Origin: Catajapyx aquilonaris
Taxonomy: Eukaryota
Assembly: GCA_000934665.2 (NCBI GenBank)
Contig: KZ538317.1
Coordinates: forward strand, 62,001 to 91,523
DNA: 29,523 nt
Direction of reading: 5' to 3'
The translations under genes and the position numbers were made by a program. A model generated the notes under the pieces. That model ran no database searches and was not told the DNA's origin. It was given only the letters and a program-made list of their open reading frames with translations. Shown piece by piece: positions 1-10,729 of the stretch. Each line of letters opens with the position of its first letter. Positions within the stretch are counted from its first letter, which is position 1.

Positions 1-2682
1 CTTTTTTTCTTTCTCTCCCCTCACAAGGCCTGTTGGATGTGTTGCTGTACATTCAGAGTTTCATCAGTGGCATTGGTAGATCATATTACACAGGCAACTG
101 TCGTTTGGATGTTACAAAATTTGCAAGAGCAGCAAAGTCAAACATTGGCATGCCATGTTGACAAATGTTTGGTGATAGTTTGCAAGTTTGCCACATTTTT
201 GAAGCCACATCTTTTCAAATCAGTATTGTTTTGGATTATTTATTGTGGAGTAACACATTTTGTTGAGGCCTGGCATAATAGGAGGAGGGCCAGGATCGGA
301 GGGGGCGGGTCGGAGGCCCCTTTCATTCCCCCCCTCCCCGGGTGCCACCTAGTACAGGAATCTCCATCGCTGACCAGTGTTCAAGGTGATGGCAATAATG
401 CGACATTTGCAGTGGGAGACGTGCAGTGTTAGAAATTTTGAACAGAGCAATGTGGCTTTTAAAATTAGCGATTTCGGACTTTGGTGATTATGACATGGCA
501 TTAAAGACTATGAATATATTGTAACTTGAGAAATGCAAAGATTCTAACTGATACATAGTTTCAACTCCCAGAGAACTAACCGCATGTAAAATCTTAAACT
601 TTGCGTGACAAAGCCTGCAAAGAAATAGAAAAATGGTGCAATGCTGCTATTTACAAATCCATTGAAAGTTACAGTCTTGGAATTTTAGATCCTGTGTGAA
701 TGTTGTACAGTTCTGAGATGAGCTCTGACTTTCGGTGCAGCCAAGAGGGTCACAACATGGTGTCAAAATTGATTGAGGGGGAAAAAAAGATCATTTGGGT
801 CATACCAAAAATGAACACAACTAATAGTTATGGTCAGGTTTGACGTGTTCTTGTTCTTTGCCACAAGTTGGATTGTTAACTGCATCCCTTTTGGACTCCA
901 GTTTGGCAACATTCAGGTGTTCCCAGCAGGCCCAGCATCATAACTTTACCCACTGACCTGGCAGTTATGTCTCATAGTTTTAACTTGGAAAAAAAAGGTG
1001 CTATTTTAGGTCGCACAACTGACTAACACTGCATTTACACACTATCTCTTGATGAGATTTTTGCCCGTTCTAAACAGACTGAAAAAAATAATTTAAAACA
1101 TTGCACGCGGGTAATATTTTGTAATAGATATGCTACCCTCCAGTAATTCCATATTATGTCTGGCGTCCCTGTGAAGGTACTCAATACATGCCATTTTGAA
1201 AGCATTAATTTATTCAGAATCAAAGTACACTACTACAAGTGCTCAGGCGTTTTTAGGACACGGTATGTTAGCAGTTCTATTTCCTGGCATGAGCATACAA
1301 AATACTGTTCATAATATTGTTATTGTTGGTTGTTGCTTTCAAAATGCCCATCCGGAGCTCTGCTCACATGTTCTCGACAAAACACTAATAGCAACTGGTT
1401 GCTAGCTTGTTGAAAATGTTAATTTACCTTCGTAAGGGGCAGTCGCTGACTACAAAGGCTGGACTTTGGTTTTGTCTCTACCCAAATTGTGCAATTCACC
1501 TCTGTACAAAATGGTTTGGATTTCAATGCACTACCAAGTGCTGTTCACTGCGCAAAATGCACTCTTGTTACCAGCCTGATTTCGGTGCAAATGTTGTTGA
1601 CAGAAAAAGATTACCAGGTTTCAAAGTTTTAAAAGGGGGTATCAATCAGGTCACCAGGGCATGTTTTATTCCATTTTGCACACTTGCAGAGCTCATTGCA
1701 CAACATTTTGATTACTTGTCATGCACCAGTACTGAATGTCATAAGAGACCTCTCAACTGGTGGGTCTTTAAATTATTTTCCGAAACCAGGTGTATAATAA
1801 AAATAAAGAAAGACACGTGAATGTAACAATATGACTTAGAACAAGAAAGTTCTCAAATTCACTTTTGTCACACTGTTGTCAAGTTGCCATTAAATCCATT
1901 TTACATTTCTTCAGTCTGTAACCGTTCAGAAATTTTGAGCATCACAAAGTAACGTTTGGAAACCAGAGAAAGAAAAAAAAAAGCGTCATGTTGTGTCCTC
2001 TTAATAAAATCAAGAGTGGCTCGCTCTATGGGAGTTGTTAGGAAACCTAGTAAGTGGATCCCACAGTCGCTGCCAGCAACCACTGCCACATCGCCCATGA
2101 TTATAATCAATTTATGTTTTGTGTGACTTGCAGAAATTATGCCACAACGCAGCAGGCCTCCAGCATATTTTGAAATGTTCTACATACATTTGCGGCCAAG
2201 CCCTTTTGCAGCCTCTCAGTCAGTATGGGATCTGCTAACAATCCCAGCAATTACTCTCATTTTCAAAGAAATATCACCGGCATTGGTGCTCCTTCCTATC
2301 TTGAGACACACGTTTGTAATGGTGGGGCGAAAGAAAGATCAACCATAACAAAGAAGAAATTCACATAAAATGCACTGTTGTTGGAGCACTGGCCTTCCAA
2401 ATCAAGCAAGGGGTTTTCTGCGTCTTTTACTAAGTTCAACATCACTATTTGTCTGAAAAGCAGTTGGATGTTCAAATCGATTTGCTGGGTGTCAAGCTTT
2501 AAGAGGGAAGATTGTTTTATTTTTTGAAAATCTCGCAGAGAAAATTCGTACTTTAGTTAGTGTAAGGTGTTAAATGTCCAAGTGAGGAATATGATGGTGA
2601 TGAAAGCAAAGTTTATTTTTCTTTCAATGTAGAGTTGGCCACTTTAAATTATTATTCCTGGCATTATTACTATTGCTGCTGC

Positions 2683-2739
<57 letters not shown>
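2683..2739. repeat. (TAT)19 microsatellite
   Basis: Perfect trinucleotide run read directly. Confidence 0.95.
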
Positions 2740-5700
2740 GTAAAAATGAATACCTCCTTAATGATTAAAACCTATTATTTTTGAGTTGCAAATTTTTACT
2801 TCATTTACAGTTTTTGCAATTGCTACAGCCCCCACCCTCCTCGCAAATAGTTCTCTTCTACAGGGAAAAATACACACTGGATCTACGTTTTTCGGTCATA
2901 TGAAGAGACTTGTAAGGATAGATGGTTGCTGTTTCACTATGTGTTTCTATTACATATCGCCAGTTGGGGGGCGGGGGGAGGAAATTTGTTTAAGGAGCAA
3001 AAAAATGGGGAATGACATTATTAGCTTGGGTGCTCGTTAATTGCCATTATTGTCACTGCAGGGTTTTTTTTTCTGTCTGGAGCTGATTCACTGCCATTTC
3101 CATACTTTGGATGACAGGAATTGATGTCAGATGTGTCAATTCCACACTTTCAACTCGACCCTACTTGGGGGAAGGGTGGAAACCCATGTTTTGGATTTTT
3201 GTATTGTTTATCTTCCCCCACCCTTTTTTGGGGGGATGTGGTTTTGCCATGAACTTGTTACAATAACTTGTTATAGTGCAGCGTGGGTATCAAGTTGGAT
3301 TGCAGAAGTGCATGGAAAAGTAACTCTTCTAGCATATAATATCATACCAGGAAATTATTACAAAACAGACCAAATCTTCACTCTGGCATTCACTTTATTG
3401 GTGGCATTGAAAACATATATCATAGTTCCCATTCCAGAGAGAAAAAGAGAGAGATTATTTAAAAAAAGGAGACCACAGTAGACAAAATCAGTTACTTTTC
3501 CATGGGAAATGTATCCTTGCCCTCATAGTATCAGTTAGAACCATTTTGGATTGTGCAATTGTCGCAAATATGTTAACAGGGAAATGGGGTGGGGTGGAGT
3601 AGGTAAAGGAAGAGCGTAAGAAGGATTTATACAAAATGTTCCATTACCTCACTGCATCTGTGATGTCAGCTTGACCTTTTCACTTCATGGGAGTGGGCCC
3701 TTTTCTCTGCACAACTAACCTGTGCATGGCTGTTCAAATTGTACTGTCTCATTTGATGCACTTTTTGAGGTAGTATTTGACTGTTAAAAATGCAAAATTC
3801 CTCCACGTGTTCATCATGGCAGCAACACATGCTGATTGTTTCTTGTCACAGAGATGTGATAGTATTGCATAGGCGTGTGCAGCTTCATTCAAATTTCACA
3901 GAAACAGGCACAGGCCATTGCATCTTCAAAATCACGCAGAGTTTTCAGAAGCGACCTCCGAATTTCCCTTCAAGGGCTCATGTTCAATGCCTCAGGATAA
4001 ATCTTTAAGAAAAATATTGCACAGCATACAGTACATTCTTGGGTAGGGCAGAATACTGCAGCACTTTCTCATAGCATGCTGCAGGGAATTAACAACGACA
4101 TTCAAAACAAAGACGCCAGGCACAAGTCACATTCTGAAAATGTTTTACCTGTTCTAGGTCAATACTAGTATTTTTGCGAAATGCTGCGCACACTCAAATT
4201 ATTACGATTGCAAAATTTGGAACCAATATTTTTGCAGTGATTGAAAGGGTAGACCTCTACCTCAGTACAAATTGGATAGCAAGGTTTTGGCGAGCAAATG
4301 GCAGAACATAAAATCCAGTTTGTAAAGAGAAGATGACAGGTGTCCAGGTTTGAATTCCCAAATTGAAAGTTTTGCAGTTGGTTCCAGATTTTATACCATT
4401 GTCAGAAGTATATCAGCAATAAACTTGCATTTGCAAAGAAAAATGCATGATAACCAATATAGTCAAGAAGCTTAAAGTGTTTCACCTTTTTCATAGTTCA
4501 AAGAAATCAACTCAAATTGTCACTTTTACATGAAACAGCAGACACAGTTACCGTTGATGTTTCGTACTTGGATAAAGCCTGATCCAATTTCTAGGCAGGA
4601 AAAAAGTGGTGGAAGAGACATTCCTGTGGCTTCCTAAGTTACAAAGGAAAACAGCCTTTTGGCTACCCATTTTCGAAGCCAAACTAGGTCCAAAATAGAT
4701 ATCCAGACAAAAAACACAAAACTGTTCATGAGTTGGACAAAACTGTTGTTCTCTCTGAAGTCAGCCAAATCCTTACGGTAAATTCAGAAACACCTCATGT
4801 TCATGTTGGTCACTTTACTGGCATCCTTTTGAAAGGTGACTCAAGTTATCATTCGCAACAAACACACATCCAAACTGACATGTCAACCTTCCTCTAACCA
4901 GGTCAACTGCTGGAGTTTACAAAAGTGAAAAGTCCTGATGTTCATAGCTGTGACATGCTTCATGCAATGAGTTGCCTGTACTGTGCCTAAAACGAACCTT
5001 TAGATACAAAAGAATATGCTTCAAACATCTTGCACTAAAGGGAGATGTATACGTATGTTGCACGCTTCTCAGCTCAGATTTACACAACCAGGTCAAACTA
5101 AACCGAGACACTTCTAAATAGTAAATTTGACATAACGTGTTAGTCCGGATATTGTCATGAAACTGTTTTGGAACTTGAGAAAGTGGTGGTGACTCTAGAC
5201 ACAACTTGACTTCAAGACCTCACAAGAAATCATCAAATAATTCAAATCTTACATTTTAGTGTCAATCTACTGCTTCATGTTCACCTGGACTACTGTAAAA
5301 GTCGGTTCATGCACAAAAACTTGACTTGGTTGTAAACCAATCCATTTTGAATTACTCGACACCTTTCACTAAACTGGACTGGCTCTGATGTATCAAATTA
5401 CTGTGGCTGTAGTTACAAATTTTGTGGCAAATGATAGTTGGTTTTCCAAGAGGCAGTTTTCATTTACATGCCATCAAAAATCTAATGTGACTGGTAAAAT
5501 ACTGGTCCTCATAGTATGCTAACTGGTGACAAAAATACTACATGCAGGTATATATCAAAAGTCACACCATAACTTGTGCTTTAGACTTACCTAAACATAT
5601 ACCTCCGGATGTTTAAAAAACTCTTTCAACAATTCTGGATTTTTGACCATACTGAATACTATAGCAACGTACTACAGCTGTCAAGTGCATTATGCGAAAA

Positions 5701-8700
5701 TGTGGGAATTTGTTTCATTACTGCAATATTCTGAAAGCTGAGTTGTAAACTAATGTATTCGTCTCACCTTTTCTGTGAAAAACTTACCACTTCAGAAGAA
5801 CTTGTAATGAGAAAACAACAACCAAAGATCCCATCTTGAAACCACAGAATACTGCGATCACTGGCTGCAGGAATGACCTCAACTTTATATACAGGCTTAC
5901 AAAATGAGATTTTCCAACCTGTTCTGAGACCTGTTGCATCCATCTTGGCAAAATTTCTGATTGCCAAATTGTGGCTCTGGGCACATTCGAAACTCACTGT
6001 CAAATTCAAACCGATCATTTCAGCACCATTTAGCCATGCTTGGGAAGTTCCTCATCCAAAACCACCGTCCCAAACTGAACTTTTCAGAGAAATTGCAAGA
6101 CCCTGTATTGTGAAAGGCTCGTGCAGACATCACTACTAGGTGTGCAGTCAAAAACCAAAACTATGCCATTTTGTTCGGCAAAAGTGCTAAAAAGGAGAAA
6201 GAAAAACGAATAATCTTCACAAGCGTAACAAAAAGGCCATTATGTTCCGTGTATGGGGAAGAAAGAGGGAGAGAAAAAAGGTCATTACTGGAGGGGCATA
6301 CTCAAAAAGGCTGTGATGGACTGAATCCACAAAAAAAAAATTTAACAAACCAAAAAAAATTAAACTAAACAGAAAAAGAATCAAACAAAAAATAGATTCA
6401 GTCTGTGAGAGCTGTCTCCCTTCTGCCATGGTGCTGAGTATCACTCAAGTTGTCATTATGATTATGATTATTATTATTGTTACTGTGCTGACTTGATAGT
6501 TACGGTAAACAATGTCCAGTCCTGGGACTCCTGCCTTCCTTCCCTCACTCATGCTGCCGACCTGAGTCTACCAGAAACCCAACTCAAAAAAAAGCTGCAT
6601 CAAAATTTGCTGATTTAGATTCAAAGGGAAATAAATCGTGATGGCCTGATGCTGAGTACAGTCTGAAGGTCTCGCTTTTTATGCTGCACGTGTCAGTTCC
6701 TGAAGTCGACTGCCTCACAAGAAGGCTTCCCACTCACTACCACAGTACAAGTTCTGCAATGAACTCATTTTATGTGATGTTGACAGATATTTTGCAATTT
6801 GTTTTGCTTATTTGCCATGTACTCAGCAATGCTGGCTGCTGGAAAAGACGCACTCAACCCATCCTTTTAAAAACTGTTGTTCCGTATACCTAAACAAAGA
6901 GAAAGTGGAAGGTTGCTGTGTTCGTTGTTCAAATGTTATACCATTTTATGAAAACTGTTTTTTGGCACCATCTTCTTGTCAAGTGGCACTCGTGATGCAC
7001 ATTTTGAGATGACAAAACCGGTCTGATCACAACGTATTGTGTAATGGATGTTGACGTCTAAGAAACACTAGGAAATAAGAAACATGCAATATTCTTCTCT
7101 TCATGCCAGATATTCACAGTAAACCTTTGTCCCACGTTTGAACTGCTTTTGGTATTTCATGGCATACCTGGACTTGCTGTGCATAGTAAGCGTTTCAAAC
7201 CCAAGTTTTAGGCCAGTATAATATCCAGTCGCACTTGTGTGCATCTGTACTTAAACTCATTTACCAATCAAAAATCAATGTTCCCACTGCAATGCCTGCC
7301 ACAAATTTCTCAAAACGAGTTTGGTCATTCAGGTCGATGCAGGTGACAGTCTGTGGCACCAGCCTTTGAACTGAAACAGCTTTGACGTGACAGGTCAACC
7401 CCCTTTAGACTGATTGTGCCCATGGAAACATGCCACCATGGCATCTTGGTTCACATCATTGTGCTCTACAAAGTCCATTGAAGTAACAGCTGTGATCTAA
7501 ACTGCACTCCAAAGTGGTTTAACATGTAAAAACCTTTTACTCGGTACATTTCATCACTTGAATGACTGGACTCATTGCTCTGAAAATATAGGGGTAAAAA
7601 AATAATAATAATAATAATCCAAAATAGGTCAAAGTGGCAATCAAAACTGAACTGGGTCCTGCACATATAAATCCATGAGAAATTCCAGCTGTAAATCGCA
7701 CCATGCACAATACCAAAATAGTAATGCATATGAAATCATGTTCATGAACTACTTTAGACACAGTGTTTGTAAATGCCTTGTACAGCTAAGAAAACAAGAA
7801 AAAAAAAGCAACCTACCAGTTCTCTGCTAATGTCAATCCCTTTTTGGAATTGCAAAATCATCCAGCAGCCAGTACGCCCCACGAGACCATTCAGTTCAAG
7901 AAGGGTGCTGGTTAGGCCAGGTTGTCATTTTTGGTGACCAGTTTGTGTACACACATTTGGTTGGAGGTGTTTAATGGGGACAATCCAGGGGATAAACACT
8001 GATGTTTTTTCTGAACCTTATTCCATATTTTCATAACTGTTGAGAGGTAGAGAAAGTAAATCTTCTATAGTCATGTAATTGTGATGCCCAAGTTGTTAAC
8101 ACTGCAAAAAATAATAGTCATAATAATAAGGGAAGGGAGAAACACTAGTAGAGCACCTTCACACTCATAAATTTTAAACGTTGGATTTTTGTTTCTTTTT
8201 TGGAAAAGTCATCCCGTGATATGCTTCAAAACTACTTGTAATTTACTGAAATTGATCACTTGGTGACATGCATTACACCAATGGCTGTGATGTTCATTTT
8301 GCACAATAACAAAATGCCATGTAGCTGAGGATATTGGTTGGTGGAGTCGCCACATTATTCCTCCCACTTTACTGTTTAAAGATAAATGTTTAAAAATAAA
8401 TAAACATAACTAGGCACTGGGAAACAAAATGGATTTTTAGCAACGTAAGAACTCGTTCACTGGGCACAAAAAAAAACCACCCCCATCGATTTTGTGGCTG
8501 ACCTTTCCACATCCATAACGGGAAAAAGAAGGAAAAAAACAGTGCAACAACAATAATAATTATGATGATGATGATTATAATAATAACCTCGATAATCACA
8601 TTAGTTTCCAGTTAGAACAGAAGTGTCAAAAGATAATAATACTTGGAAGCGGTCCCAATACATAGAAATGATTTCCAGTCGAAACTTTTCGTCAGTGGTC

Positions 8701-10099
8701 GATATAATATAAAACATGCCTTCCTCCCAGTAGAGTCGACCTTTTTCTCTCGGAAGCTTGGAGGTCTTTGCATATGTTGGATGGATAGCAGGTGGTATCT
8801 TGAAATTGTACTAATAATTACTATTTAAAAATTAATATTGTCATTATGGTTATTATTATTATTATTATTAATTTTTTTTCACGTTGGAAGTTTGAAGACA
8901 TGTGACCTGCTATTTTTTAAAGCTTCATGAGGAAGCAAACAAAAACTAATACTGTATACTTTTGTTGTTTTGTACTGTCCCATCACATGTATCAGAAAGC
9001 GGCTGACAAGAACAACAAAAATATAAGCGTCGTCAACAACAATCACAGATGTATGGATTATTTGTAGATATTGATTATTCTGGAATCATTTTACGTAAGG
9101 TTTTGAAAATGGTAAAAAAGCTATGTAATTATTATTTTTTTGTGTGTGTGATTTTCCCTATTGCCCTTGCTCTGTTCATTCTGAGAGTGAAAGAAAGTTG
9201 TTAATTTTTGTGAATCAAATGCGTTTTACTTCATCTGAGACCCTGAACACTTTCCTGAAAACTTCTGGAAGTGCAACTTCGTTTACAGATCTTGAAAGTG
9301 CATGTGAGAATCTCATTATGCAATTATTGGACTGCAATAATATATTTTAAGGGTACAGTACAGTCACTTCTTCCAGATCTATAAATATTGCAGAGTCACT
9401 TCAATCTTGGGGAAGTAACTAATTTCCAGTTTAATAGTAGATGCCGACCAATCTCGTGCCAAGTATTTTACAGCATAAAATCATTATTGTTTATGTTGCC
9501 TGAAATGTGCTTGGTGTACAGCATTGCTATGCAGACAGATGCTGGTTTCCTGCTGGGTAAGTTTCATGCCTTGAGAAGCTTTTGAAGGATAAATGATCAA
9601 CTAACACAGAGCCGTTCACATTGAGAAAAATGCGTCCCTTTTCTTCACAGGCACTCCACAGTATGCGGTGCAATAAAGAATGATAAATGATAACCATAGT
9701 AATTAAACTGTGTAATTGGAAGTTACAGCAAGTAAGAAAACTTGATTGCAGATGTCTTTTAAAAAATGGATTCAGGATGTCGGTGCTGTGGTTGCAGAAG
9801 ATGTATGAACAACCTCTCTCCTGCAGCAGTGTGCAATGATATAAAAGCATAATATTTTACAAATGTGTTGATACAGCATTTTTAGATTCATGCATGCAAG
9901 TCTGTGGCGGGACTACTGGTATACATCTCATAAATAACATGGTTAACACTGCACGTAACCTAGATTTCACAGGAGTGGGAATGAGGTGAGTACAGTAGGG
10001 GGTGTCTAGCAACCTGGAAATATCGGGGAATTTTATTGCTCTGGAAAAATGTTGTCTGTCTGGAATTATTCTGCTCGACAATAAGGAATCTGTGACAAT

Positions 10100-10551
10100 A
10101 TGTTACGGCAGTGTGAGGCCAGCCGCGTGCCTCGTCCTCGCAACTACTCCCTTATTCCCACTAGCTGGCTCCCCCACCTCGGGCTCTTGGCTGTAGGTTT
10201 AGGCTCTATGAGTCACGTTATACCTCTTTCTGTCAACACAATAATTACGCGTAATTGAACTGCTTGCATTTTTAAGTGATCTCCCAACAAACGTCAATAA
10301 AGCTATGCAGGGAAATTCGGTGAAATGAGCGATGGGAAACATATGCTAAGGGATTTTGTTGCCTTATTAGGTTCGCTGGACACCCTGGAGTAGTTTCAGT
10401 GTCATCCGGATTCGCGGGCTGTACCATAAACCAACCCAAACGGCATTTGAATTTCCCCGGCTGTCCGAATCCATCCGAAGTGGTTGTGCCAGGAGGAGAT
10501 ACGCCCTCCCGAATAATTCCCTTGGGCAACATCACGGGGCAACATGGCGGC
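10100..10551 (+). promoter_or_regulatory. Probable PUS3 promoter/5' UTR
   Basis: Abrupt rise in CpG density relative to the preceding 10 kb; TGAGTCA at 10209-10215; YY1-like AACATGGCGGC overlapping the start codon. Confidence 0.5.
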
Positions 10552-10729
10552 ATCCAGGCCCAGCGCGGCGTGCACGGTGCCGGGCGAGGAGGACGTGGAG
10601 GCCGGGACGCATCGGGGCAAGGGGGGCTCAGGGGCCAGCCCAACAACCCAGGGGCCCGGGAGGAGGCGGGCGGGGAAGGGGCCGGCCAGGGGCGTCACGG
10701 AGGACAACCTGGATCAGTTCACCAAACTA
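10544..10729 (+). CDS. PUS3: PUS3 coding exon 1 (G/R/A-rich N-terminal extension)
   Basis: aacATGg start in a CpG-rich region; ends CTA|gtgagt, phase 0, joins in frame to exon 2. Confidence 0.8.

Noticed and set aside
279..352. GC-rich island with G-run/C-run symmetry in AT-rich context
   Set aside because: May be a decayed MITE but terminal inverted match is too poor to call.
9235..9244. CTGAGACCCT match to the middle of miR-125
   Set aside because: Seed region differs and no hairpin partner is evident.
9522..9991. Strong donor-like sites (TGG|gtaagt at 9557, GAG|gtgagt at 9986) suggesting micro-exons upstream of PUS3
   Set aside because: Acceptors are weak, no protein similarity, and isolated consensus donors are expected by chance; needs transcript data.
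37..10196. Numerous 60-137 aa ORFs in the first 10 kb
   Set aside because: No recognisable domains, Cys/Phe/Leu-rich composition typical of random AT-rich DNA, many alternative start codons, no coherent splice chain.
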